Shown here: positions 9,463-18,952 of the stretch, piece by piece | Numbering within the stretch: the stretch's first letter is position 1 | How the letters are laid out: the number at the start of each line of letters is the position of its first letter | NCBI GenBank assembly: GCA_963753385.1 | Contig: CAVWCC010000013.1 | Span: 13,612 to 77,611 of the forward strand | Reading direction: 5' to 3' | Source: an uncultured bacterium | GTDB taxonomy: Bacteria > Actinomycetota > Thermoleophilia > Solirubrobacterales > 70-9 | Length of the DNA stretch: 64,000 nt | Notes under the pieces: model-generated | What the model was told of the DNA's origin: nothing | Database searches by the model: none | The model's input: only the letters and a program-made list of their open reading frames with translations | Program-made: the position numbers and the translations under genes

Positions 9463-10569
9463 ATGGCCAAGCGCCTGATCGTCTGCTGCGACGGGACCTG
9501 GAACCGACCCGATCAGCTCGAAAGCGGGCTTGCGGCGCCGACCAACGTCGCCAAGTTCGCGCTCGCGGTGATGCGCGAGGGGCCCGACGGGACGGCTCAG
9601 CTCCTGCACTATCACCCCGGGGTCGGAACCAGGCGCTTCGAGCGCCTGCGGGGCGGCGCCTTCGGGTTCGGGATCTCCCGCAACGTGCGCGAGTGCTACC
9701 GGTTCCTGGTCGAGAACTACGAGCCCGGCGACGAGCTCTACCTCCTCGGCTTCAGCCGCGGGGCTTTCACGGCCCGCAGCCTCGCCGGCCTGGTCCGAAA
9801 CAGCGGCATCCTCCGCCAGCAGCACCTCGCTCGGATTCCGGACGCCTACCGCCTCTACCGGGCGCGGCGCGCTACCGCGAAGCCGCGCGGGATCGAGGCC
9901 ATGCTGTTTCGGCGAATGCACTCGCACCCCGACCAGGACCCGATGGTCCATTTCATCGGCGTCTGGGACACGGTCGGCTCGCTCGGAATCCCGCTGGACG
10001 GGCTCGGGCTCGGCCGGCTCGTCAACCGGCGCTGGGGTTTTCACGACACCGACCTGAGCAGCCGGGTCCGCTACGCCTACCAGGCGCTCGCGATCGACGA
10101 GGAGCGAAGCCCGTTTCGGCCGACGCCGTGGACGCTCGGCTCCGAGGAGGCCGAGCAGACGCTCGAGCAGGTCTGGTTCTCGGGGGTTCACGGCGACATC
10201 GGCGGCGGCTACCGTGATCCGAGCCTGTCCGAGATTGCCCTGCTTTGGATGGTCGATCGCGCGAGCGGCTCGGGCCTGGCGATCGATCCGGAGCGACTGC
10301 GTCCCTGCGATCTGGTGAGCGACGAGGAGCGCAGGATCACCGGGGCCTGCGTCGCGCCCGATGCGCTCGGGTCACTCCACACCTCGCGAAAGGGCCTTTA
10401 CCGGCTGCTGCGGCGATACCGGCGCCCGATCACCCCGGATCACCTGACCTGCGAGGCGGTCGCGTCGAGCGCGATCCGCCGCCGCGATCAGGCGGCCGAC
10501 TATCGACCGCCGGCGCTCGAGGACTACGACGGGCCTATCACCCAGGTTCGCGAGGGGCGACAGCGGTGA
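9463..10569 (+). CDS. DUF2235 alpha/beta hydrolase (Tle1-like phospholipase fold)
   Basis: LIVCCDGTWN...HYHPGVGT...LYLLGFSRGAFTARSLAGLV...VWFSGVHGDIGGGY, the characteristic DUF2235 signature with a GxSxG-type nucleophile elbow. Confidence 0.8.
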   Translation: MAKRLIVCCDGTWNRPDQLESGLAAPTNVAKFALAVMREGPDGTAQLLHYHPGVGTRRFERLRGGAFGFGISRNVRECYRFLVENYEPGDELYLLGFSRGAFTARSLAGLVRNSGILRQQHLARIPDAYRLYRARRATAKPRGIEAMLFRRMHSHPDQDPMVHFIGVWDTVGSLGIPLDGLGLGRLVNRRWGFHDTDLSSRVRYAYQALAIDEERSPFRPTPWTLGSEEAEQTLEQVWFSGVHGDIGGGYRDPSLSEIALLWMVDRASGSGLAIDPERLRPCDLVSDEERRITGACVAPDALGSLHTSRKGLYRLLRRYRRPITPDHLTCEAVASSAIRRRDQAADYRPPALEDYDGPITQVREGRQR

Positions 10570-10602
10570 TCCGGATGACCCGCGGGGCGCGTACACCTGA
10601 GC

Positions 10603-11643
10603 GTGAACACCGTCCCAGTCCCCAACCGCGAGACCTGGAAACGCGACCTGGCGCCGTACGTGAAGGCCGACCGCCTGCGCAGCCTCGCGCAGATCGCAAG
10701 CGTGATCGTGCCGTACCTCGGCGTGTGGGTTATCGCCGCGCTGATCCGTCCGGGCGCCCTCGTTGCGATCGGCCTCGGCCTGGTCGCCACGGTGTTCCTC
10801 AGCCGGATGTACTCGCTCTTCCATGACCTGACCCACAACTCGATGTTCGAGTCGCGGCGGGCCAACGCTCGCTGGGGCCACACGCTCGGGCTCCTCTTGT
10901 TCACGCCCTACCGCTGGTGGCAGCGCCAGCACAGCCTCCATCACGCCCACACCGGCAACCTCGACAAGCGCGGGCCTGGCGAGATCTACACGATGACCGT
11001 CGCCGAATACGAGCGCGCGTCGCGGCTGCGGCGCCTTGGCTACCGCGCGTACCGCAACCCGCTGCTGATGATGCTCGTCGGGCCGAGCCTCGTGTTCCTG
11101 TTCGAGCGCCGGTTCCCGCAACGGGGCATGACCCGCAGCATCCTGGCGAGCGTCGTCGCGACGAACCTGGCGCTGGCGGCGTGGGCGATCGGTTGGAGCG
11201 CGCTCGTCGGCTTTGGGACCTACCTGCTGATCCAGGGCACGACGCTCGTGGCCGGCGGGGCCGTAGCCGCGTGGATGCTCTACATCCAGCACCAGTACGA
11301 GGACACCTACTACCGGGCCACCGACGAGTGGCAGTTCGAGCTGGCGGCGCTCCAGGGGAGCTCCTACCTCGAACTTCCGCGAGCGCTCGCGTGGGTCGTG
11401 GGCAACGCGAACTACCACCACGTTCATCACCTCAGCGCGAGGATCCCGAACTACCGTCTGCGCGCGGCGCACGAGGAGCACCCGATGTTCGCGCGCACCC
11501 CCGTCGTCACCGTCCGCAGCAGCGTCGGTGCGTTCGGCCTGAAGTTGTGGGACGAGGCCCGCGGCGCCCTGGTGGGCTATCCAGCTGGTTCCCATGCGGC
11601 CTTCATCAAGTTGTCATCTGCGGCGAGGACGATGCCGCGCTGA
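10603..11643 (+). CDS. Membrane fatty acid desaturase family protein
   Basis: Three histidine boxes (HDLTHNS, HSLHHAHTGN, HHVHHL) plus hydrophobic segments. Confidence 0.9.
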   Translation: MNTVPVPNRETWKRDLAPYVKADRLRSLAQIASVIVPYLGVWVIAALIRPGALVAIGLGLVATVFLSRMYSLFHDLTHNSMFESRRANARWGHTLGLLLFTPYRWWQRQHSLHHAHTGNLDKRGPGEIYTMTVAEYERASRLRRLGYRAYRNPLLMMLVGPSLVFLFERRFPQRGMTRSILASVVATNLALAAWAIGWSALVGFGTYLLIQGTTLVAGGAVAAWMLYIQHQYEDTYYRATDEWQFELAALQGSSYLELPRALAWVVGNANYHHVHHLSARIPNYRLRAAHEEHPMFARTPVVTVRSSVGAFGLKLWDEARGALVGYPAGSHAAFIKLSSAARTMPR

Positions 11644-11707
11644 TGCTCGAACCTCACCGATGCCCGCGCGCGCCCTCACCCATCCTTTCCTCTTCAGCCC
11701 TCGCTGG

Positions 11708-11860
11708 ATGAGAGCCACCGCTCGTCGCGCTGACCTGCGTCCCCGCCTCGAGACAAAGCTCGCCGGCGAGGACCACGATTGCCCAGAGTGCAGCGCGCCC
11801 TGTCACCGCAACGCAGGCGACGATGGCTATTGCTGCGTGCCTTGCGGCGTGACCTTCTAG
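11708..11860 (+). CDS. Possible small Cys-rich (zinc-ribbon-like) protein
   Basis: The 3' part of ORF 11594..11860 reads DCPECSAPCHRNAGDDGYCCVPCG. GC3 is only moderate and I recognise no homolog. Confidence 0.25.
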   Translation: MRATARRADLRPRLETKLAGEDHDCPECSAPCHRNAGDDGYCCVPCGVTF

Positions 11861-11867
11861 CTCAGCT

Positions 11868-12290
11868 TCAGATGCGGCCGAACAAGGCGTCGGTGATCGA
11901 GAGATCCAGATCCTGACCCTGGTTGTAGACGTAGAAGATGATCAGCGCGGCGCCCAACAGGGCGACGTTCTTGAAGAACATCGCGCTCTGGATCTGCTGC
12001 ATCTGCGGGTCGTCGACCTTCCAGAAGGCATGCAGGATCGGCGTGATTCCGGCCAGGAACCCGATCACCAGCAGCGCGCCGAGGTCAGCCCAGAGGCCGA
12101 GGGCGATCATCAGGCCGCCGGCGATGATCACGATCCCGCTGAGCGGCACGAGAAGGTCGGGAGCCGGCGCGCCGAGCGAGCGGGCGTACTCCCGGCCCTG
12201 CTTGCCGCCTTCGCCGAGGTGAGCCATGAATCCGGAGCTGACGAAGAGCAGGGCGAAGAGCACCCTTCCGACCAGAAAGACAACGTCCAT
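11868..12290 (-). CDS. DoxX family membrane protein
   Basis: ORF 11868..12329 trimmed to the ATG at 12290, preceded by GGAGGA. Four hydrophobic segments; LHAFWKVDDPQMQQIQSAMFFKNVALLGAALI is typical of DoxX. Confidence 0.85.
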   Translation of the reverse strand: MDVVFLVGRVLFALLFVSSGFMAHLGEGGKQGREYARSLGAPAPDLLVPLSGIVIIAGGLMIALGLWADLGALLVIGFLAGITPILHAFWKVDDPQMQQIQSAMFFKNVALLGAALIIFYVYNQGQDLDLSITDALFGRI

Positions 12291-12413
12291 GTCGATTCCT
12301 CCGCGACGGGGATTAAGCTTCCGGATCAATTATTGCAGGTGCAACGACCCCTCTACCGCCTGGCGCGAGCCCGCACCCGAATCTGAACGGGGAGTAGGAT
12401 TGGGAGTGCACGG

Positions 12414-12662
12414 ATGCACGCGTCCTCATTGGAAGAGCTCAGAGGGCAGATCGCGGCGGGCCAGTACGCGATCGACTCCGGCACGCTCGCCGAGGACATC
12501 GTCTCCAAGCTCGCGACGGTCAGGCGGGTTCAGCGAATCGTGCTGAGCGCGGACGAGGGCTCGGCGGCTGAGGCCGGCCCCGCCGCTCGGCCCCGAGGCC
12601 GGCGCGGAGCACGGCCGGCGTCGCCGCGTGCTCGGCAGTCGCGAAGCGAACGGCTTCCGTAA
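12414..12662 (+). CDS. Small protein with a FlgM-like anti-sigma motif and an Arg/Pro-rich tail
   Basis: LEELRGQIAAGQYAIDSGTLAEDIVSKL resembles the sigma-28-binding C-terminal helix region of FlgM, but here it is N-terminal. 82 aa. Confidence 0.5.
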   Translation: MHASSLEELRGQIAAGQYAIDSGTLAEDIVSKLATVRRVQRIVLSADEGSAAEAGPAARPRGRRGARPASPRARQSRSERLP

Positions 12663-12741
12663 GAAACCGGCAATAGGTCCTTACTTCCGTCTTCCCCGCT
12701 CGTGGTCAGGGGGACAAGTTTCCACGGACGGGGAGGAGCCG

Positions 12742-12993
12742 GTGAGGGTGAACCACAACAGACAGGCGAGGCGCGCAGCGCTGTGCATCAGGGCTCGTGG
12801 TCGGGGGGGCCACAAGCTCGCGATCTCTCCAAGGGGGATCGTGCTCACGGCCTACGGGCACGATCTTGCGCGCCTCGCCTCGAGCATCGCCGGCGAAATC
12901 GAGCTCTCCGCCCAGGAGGTCGACCGTCTGGTGCCGCCCCTGGTCTTCGTGCCGTCGGCGGGCCATGGACGAATGTTGGAGCAAGCCCTGTAA
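12742..12993 (+). CDS. Hypothetical small protein
   Basis: GTG at 12742 follows GGGGAGGAG, inside ORF 12628..12993. The distal two thirds have high GC3 (GIVLTAYGHDLARLASSIAGEIELSAQEVDRLVPPLVFVP). No family recognised. Confidence 0.35.
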   Translation: MRVNHNRQARRAALCIRARGRGGHKLAISPRGIVLTAYGHDLARLASSIAGEIELSAQEVDRLVPPLVFVPSAGHGRMLEQAL

Positions 12994-13018
12994 CGCCGAG
13001 CGGGGATGTCCCCAGCTA

Positions 13019-13046
13019 TTGACACGCTGAAGTGGACTACCATAAT
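13019..13046 (+). promoter_or_regulatory. Near-consensus sigma-70-type promoter, TTGACA, 16 nt, CATAAT, for the sigma fusion gene; leaderless configuration
   Basis: TTGACA at 13019-13024 and CATAAT at 13041-13046. The ATG at 13055 lies only 8 nt after the -10 element, so there is no room for an SD. Confidence 0.5.
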
Positions 13047-14344
13047 CCAGGTACATGGATGACGCCGTCGCGCTCAGGGCGGCCGGCCAACCACGGCTTT
13101 CCGGGCGGCTATTTGGAGTTCTCACGGACGAGAAGCTCGCGACCATGGTCGCGGGAGGGAACGACGACGCCTTCGGGACGCTCTACGACCGCCATCACCA
13201 GGGCGTCTACCGCTATTGCCTCTCGATGCTGCGGCAGGAGGCCGACGCGCGCGACGCCCTGCAGAGCTCGATGCTGGCCGCACTCGCGTCCCTCCGCGCG
13301 CGTCCGATCGAGGGAGCCTTCAAGCCCTGGCTCTTCCGGATCGCCCACAACGAATCGATCTCGATCATCCGGGGCCGCACCCGAGAGGCGCCCACCGAAG
13401 CTCCGCCCGTGGCGGCCGTCACCGACGATCCGGAGACCCGCGAGGAGCTTCGCACGCTCGTGTCCGATCTCGGAGCGCTCCCCGAGCGGCAACGCGGCGC
13501 GATCGTCATGCGCGAGCTCAGCGGCCTCGCCTACGCCGAGATTGCGGTCGCGCTCGGGACGTCGGAGGCGGGCGGTAAGCAGCTCGTCTACGAGGCACGC
13601 ACGGCGCTGCATGATCTCCGAGCCGGCCATGACATGAGCTGCGAGCTGGTGCGCGAGCGCATCTCGGCGCACGACCGGCGACTGCTGCGGGGGCGCAAGG
13701 TGCGTGCGCACCTTCGAGGCTGCGAGCCGTGCCGGGACTTCGAAGAGGCGATCCGCCGGCGCCGACCCGCCTTCGCTCTCCTCGCGCCGCCCCTTGCACC
13801 GTTCTTTTCGGTTGCGGTGCTGGAGCAGGTGTTCGCGGGAGGCGGAGCGAGCGGCGGCGCCGGCGGTGCAGGGGCCACCGTGGGAACCGCTGGCGTGGCC
13901 TCGGGGGGCGCCCCGATGGCCGGCTCTGTGGCGCTGAAGCTGACGGCCGCGGCACTGGTCACCGGAGCCGTCGGCGTGGGTGCGTATGAGGGGGCGACAG
14001 CGATCTTGGCGGATCCCGCCCCGAAGTCGGCGGCGGCTGCCGGAATCGAAGCCGCGGGCGACCCGGCAGGCCTTGACAGTGCTCGAGACGATGTGATCCA
14101 TGCCTCGCGGGCGCCGTCCGGCCCTGGGGGCAACGGCGGCCCAGGAGGGGGTACCGCCAAGGCCCGGGCGGACTCCGGCGGTCCCAACCTGAGCCCGGCA
14201 AGCGAGCAGGCGGGGCCTGGCGAGGCCGCACCGCCCGGCGCTACCGGCGGTTCGGACGACCCCTCTGCAACCGGTGCCTCCGGCGGTGACAGCACGGGGG
14301 GAAACACTGGTTGGGACCCGGGCGGAGGCACGGTCGGCCCCGGC

Positions 14345-14864
<520 letters not shown>

Positions 14865-15037
14865 TGCGGCGCGCCGCCGGGGACCCCGCCCGGACACGGC
14901 GGCACCCCGCCTGGCCAGGGCGGTACGCCTCCCGGTCAGGCCGGGGGCGACGTCCCGCCGGGCCACATCGGCAACCCAGGGCACGGCGGCGGACGCCCCT
15001 GACGCGCGGCGCCGGCGCCGCGCCGCCTGGCGGGTCG

Positions 15038-18000
15038 TTACTCGTCGATGACCGCCCCGAGCCCGGCGAGCACGTCCCGGGCCGTATCCCTTTCCGCCCC
15101 GCCGAGCATCCACCGCGTCCGGGCCGACTCGTAAGCCCATTCGCCCCGCTCGAAGATCTCGAGCGCCTCGCGGAGCGGCGCATCATCCCCGGCCAGCACC
15201 GCGCGGGCGCGGAGCGCCACCGCGGTCGAGAACGGGTCGCCCGCAGGCCGTGCCTCGGCCTGCTCGAGTGCCTCACCAGCGTCCCGGCGACCGGCCATCG
15301 CGAAGATCTCCGCCCGCCGGGCCAGGAACGGGCCCTGCCACCAGAAGCCAGCCCATAGCCCATCGACCAGGTCGACGGCCCGCTCGACGTCGCCGAAGTG
15401 AAGGGCCACCTCCGCCTCGAACATCCGCACCCCGGGAAGCTGCTGGCTGCTTCCGGCGACCTCCTCGGCGACCGAGGCCCAGTCGCGGTGCGCGGCCTCG
15501 TCGCCGCGCAGCCCGTGGATCGTCGCGACGGCCGCGAGGTCGGGCGCGAACGGTACGAACGGCGGCCGCCCTTCGGCGACCCAGTTGTCCCGCACACGGT
15601 CGCCGCGCTCGATCGCCCGGTCCCAGTCGCCGAGCTGGTACAGCGCCTGGATCGAGCGCACGCCCGCGACGTGCGGGGCGACTGCGGCGAGCTCGCTCGC
15701 GTTCAGCTCGTCCCACTGCAGCGCCTCGCGCAACCTGCCCGTCCGGAGCAGTGATTCGAAGATCATGCTGATCGCGTCGCTTCGCTCGAGCGCGACCCGC
15801 GCGGATTGCGGCGCGCGCGCGAGAACCTCAACTCGCTCGCGGTTCAGCTCCTCGACCTCGTCGTATCGGCCCGCCCACCAGGCGGTTGCCGAACCTGCGT
15901 CCAATGCGCAGGATTGAAGTAGGACGTCTTCTGTTTCTTGGGCGAGCTCACGCCCTTCGGCGACCGGCCCGGCCATCTCGTCGGGTCGGCCGTACGACCA
16001 GGTGAGCCAGGCTCGGTCGAGCTTCAGGCGGGCGCCGAGGTCGGGATCGGGATTCGGGGCGAGACGTTCGGCGCGCTCGAGCAGCTCGAGCAGATACGAC
16101 TCCTCGAACCGGCCGGCGACGCCGCCCAGCCGGCTGGCGTACTCAACCGCGATCGCGTAGCAGCGCGCCGCCCCGATCGCGTCGCCGGCCTCCTCGGACC
16201 GCTCGGCGGCAGCGACCATGAGCCGGACCCCGTCGTCGCCGCGCAGCCTGTGCATGGCGAGGTCGGAGGCTCGCTTCAGCACGTCGATCAGACGCTGGTC
16301 GTCCGGGGCGAACCCGGCCGCCTGCTCGGCCAGCTCCTGGGCCCGAGCCGCCGCGCCGCGCCGCGCCGCGTAGGCGCTCGCCTGCGTGCTCGCGTCGAAC
16401 GCGGCACGGCGCCGCTCCTCGTCCGGGTCGAGGTCGGCGGCCCGGGCGAAGTGGAAGGCGATCACCTCGGCGAGCTCGGCGTAGCGCTCGCCGGCCCGGG
16501 ATGCAACCCCGGCGGCGGCGCGAACGTGGAGCTCGACCCGCTCGGCTCGCGTCAGCGAGGCGTACGCGACATCACGGATCAGCTGATGGTGAAACCCATA
16601 GAGGCCGGCCTCGTCGGCCGTCCGGTCCTCGATCAGGGTCCGTCGTTCGAGCGCCACGAGCGCGTCGGCGGGGTCCGAGCCCAGGAGCTCTGCGAGCGCC
16701 TCATTCCGAAACCGGTCGCCGAGGACCGCGGCGTACTGAATCGCGCGCTTCTCCCGCGCCGGCAGCGCGTCGAGGCGCGAGGCGACCGCGGCCTGGACCG
16801 TGTCCGGCAGGCGCTTGCCGACGTCCGCGTCGTCGGCGGCGATCGCGCGGGCGATCTCCTCCGTGAAGAAGGGGTTGCCGCCGCCCGCCAGAGCGATCTG
16901 GTGGGTGAGATCGAGGTCGGCACCGGCGACGAGCGCGGCCGCCAGTTCCTCGGACGCTGCCGGTGCGAGCGGTCCGAGCTCGATGCGCTCGCGGCGTTCA
17001 TCGGCGGACAGGTCCGGCCGGCGCTCCTCGATCTCGGGCCGCGCGGTACAGACGACCAGGACCGGTTGCGCGGGCAGGCGCACGGCGTCCTCGACGAGAT
17101 CGAGGACGCCGTCGTCGGCCCAGTGGAGGTCGTCGACGGCGATCAACACCGGGCGCTCGTCGGCGAGCCCCGCGATCAGTTGGCGCCACGAGCGACGGAT
17201 CGCGGCGGCGTCGCTGTCGGCGTCGCCGCCGTCGAGGGTTGCCGCCAGGGTGGTCGCCGTTTCCTCGGCGCGCGGCGTCCCGACCCGTTTGAGCCGGGCG
17301 GCGAGCGCCGTACGGACCTGCTCGGCGCCGGCGTCGCGCGGAGCATCGGCCGCCGCGCGAAGCAGCTCGGCCAGTGCCCAGAACGCGATCCCGTCGCCGT
17401 AGGGCGGATTGCGCCCGGTGAGCAGGAGCGGGGCGGGATCGAGCGCGCGGACCGCGTCGATCAGCTCGGATGCGAGACGGGTCTTGCCGGCGCCGGCCTC
17501 GCCAACGATCAACACCATTCGCGGCCGGCGCTCGCGAACCGACCGCAGGTAGGCGAGGCGTAGCGCCTCGAGCTCGGCGGCACGACCGAGCAGGGGCGTC
17601 GGCCGCGGTCGAGCCGCAGCGGTGCCGACCGAGTCGCGGTCGCTCGATCCGCGCGCCGGCCGGGCCTCGATCGGTGCCGGAAACCCCTTCGCTGCGACCT
17701 TCCGGCGATCGCCGAACGTCGCCGTCCGGCATGCGCTCGCCGTCCGCGTGCCCACCAGCACCTCGCCCGGCTCGGCGGCCTGCTGCAGCCGCGCGGCGGC
17801 GTTGACGGGTTCCCCGGTCACCGCCAGGTCGCCGCCCGAAGCGCTGGCGAGCACCTCGCCGGTCTCGATCCCGATCCGCAACTCGAGTTCGTCGCCTTGG
17901 GCGGCGAGCCGCTCGACGAGGGCGAGCGCCGCGGCAACGGCCCGGTCGGGGTCGTCCCCGTGTGCGCGGGGCACGCCGAACACGGCCATCACCGCGTCGC

Positions 18001-18172
18001 CGATGTATTTCTCGACCCTCCCACCGTGCTCCTCGAGAGCGATCCGCGCGGCCTCGAAGAACGGTTCCAGCGACTTGCGGACATCCTCCGGGTCGCGCCC
18101 GGCCACCAGCGTCGTCGAGCCCACCAAGTCCGCGAACACGATCGTCGCCAGCTTGCGCTCGGCGCCGTTCAT
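15038..18172 (-). CDS. Class III adenylate/guanylate cyclase domain, P-loop STAND/AAA ATPase and TPR-like repeat protein
   Basis: ORF 15038..18262; the ATG at 18172 gives MNGAERKLATIVFADLVGST...KYIGDAVMAVFG (cyclase). It is followed by VLIVGEAGAGKTRL (Walker A) and a long helical-repeat C-terminus. I see no C-terminal LuxR HTH. Confidence 0.88.
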   Translation of the reverse strand: MNGAERKLATIVFADLVGSTTLVAGRDPEDVRKSLEPFFEAARIALEEHGGRVEKYIGDAVMAVFGVPRAHGDDPDRAVAAALALVERLAAQGDELELRIGIETGEVLASASGGDLAVTGEPVNAAARLQQAAEPGEVLVGTRTASACRTATFGDRRKVAAKGFPAPIEARPARGSSDRDSVGTAAARPRPTPLLGRAAELEALRLAYLRSVRERRPRMVLIVGEAGAGKTRLASELIDAVRALDPAPLLLTGRNPPYGDGIAFWALAELLRAAADAPRDAGAEQVRTALAARLKRVGTPRAEETATTLAATLDGGDADSDAAAIRRSWRQLIAGLADERPVLIAVDDLHWADDGVLDLVEDAVRLPAQPVLVVCTARPEIEERRPDLSADERRERIELGPLAPAASEELAAALVAGADLDLTHQIALAGGGNPFFTEEIARAIAADDADVGKRLPDTVQAAVASRLDALPAREKRAIQYAAVLGDRFRNEALAELLGSDPADALVALERRTLIEDRTADEAGLYGFHHQLIRDVAYASLTRAERVELHVRAAAGVASRAGERYAELAEVIAFHFARAADLDPDEERRRAAFDASTQASAYAARRGAAARAQELAEQAAGFAPDDQRLIDVLKRASDLAMHRLRGDDGVRLMVAAAERSEEAGDAIGAARCYAIAVEYASRLGGVAGRFEESYLLELLERAERLAPNPDPDLGARLKLDRAWLTWSYGRPDEMAGPVAEGRELAQETEDVLLQSCALDAGSATAWWAGRYDEVEELNRERVEVLARAPQSARVALERSDAISMIFESLLRTGRLREALQWDELNASELAAVAPHVAGVRSIQALYQLGDWDRAIERGDRVRDNWVAEGRPPFVPFAPDLAAVATIHGLRGDEAAHRDWASVAEEVAGSSQQLPGVRMFEAEVALHFGDVERAVDLVDGLWAGFWWQGPFLARRAEIFAMAGRRDAGEALEQAEARPAGDPFSTAVALRARAVLAGDDAPLREALEIFERGEWAYESARTRWMLGGAERDTARDVLAGLGAVIDE

Positions 18173-18230
18173 CGCTTCCGACGATACCCCCAGCGAACCG
18201 CGGGCGCGACGGCGGGAGCGACCAGGACGG

Positions 18231-18872
18231 CTAGAGGCTGCGGCGCCGCTCGAGCTCGGCATCGGTCGGCTCGTCGAACTCGAACGAACCCGTGTTGATT
18301 TCGCCGGCTCGCACGTAGGTATTGATCGTGACGCCGGTCTTCGTCACCTTGCTGTCGACAAGCCTCATTGCGGCGGGGATCGCGCCGCTACCGAAGATGC
18401 GCTTGCCGCTGCCGAGTACCACGGGGAAGATCCACATCCGGTACTCGTCGATCAGGTCGTGCTCGAGGAGAGTCTGGATCAGGCCAGGGCTGCCGTGGAC
18501 TTGGATCTCGGGGCCGTCCTCACTCTTGAGCTTGGCGACGTACTCGGCGACATCGCCCGTGATCAGAGTCGAGTTGTTCCACTGCACCTGCTCGAGCGTT
18601 CGCGAGGCGACGTGCTTCCGCGTGTTGTTGAGCTGGTCGGCGATCGGCCCCTCGTCATGGGGCCAGTGGGCCGCGAAGATCTCGTAGGTCCCGCGGCCGA
18701 GCAGCAGCTCGTAAGGGCCGGATTCGGCCACCTGTCCCATCATCTCGTCGTCGAAGTAGTTGACGCCCCAGCCGCCGTGCGTGAAGCCGCCGGTGGGGTC
18801 TTCGTCGGGTCCGCCCGGTGACTGCATGACGCCATCCAGCGAAACGAATGAGTTGACGGCGAGGATTCTCAT
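18231..18872 (-). CDS. Dihydrofolate reductase-like (RibD C-terminal domain) family protein
   Basis: ORF trimmed to the ATG at 18872, preceded by AAGGAGG. MRILAVNSFVSLDGVMQSPGGPDED...LLLGRGTYEIF...IQVHGSPGLIQTLLEHDLIDEY. Confidence 0.85.
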   Translation of the reverse strand: MRILAVNSFVSLDGVMQSPGGPDEDPTGGFTHGGWGVNYFDDEMMGQVAESGPYELLLGRGTYEIFAAHWPHDEGPIADQLNNTRKHVASRTLEQVQWNNSTLITGDVAEYVAKLKSEDGPEIQVHGSPGLIQTLLEHDLIDEYRMWIFPVVLGSGKRIFGSGAIPAAMRLVDSKVTKTGVTINTYVRAGEINTGSFEFDEPTDAELERRRSL

Positions 18873-18952
18873 CTTGGACCTCCTTGGGTCGCGGGTCGTC
18901 GTCGGCATCAATTAAGACGATCCAGGGCTGGCGAATTCATCGCTACTACTAG

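Noticed and set aside
11594-11707. The 5' part of ORF 11594..11860, which overlaps the desaturase 3' end
   Set aside because: It is an Arg-rich out-of-frame overlap. Only the distal Cys-rich part is retained, as a low-confidence small ORF.
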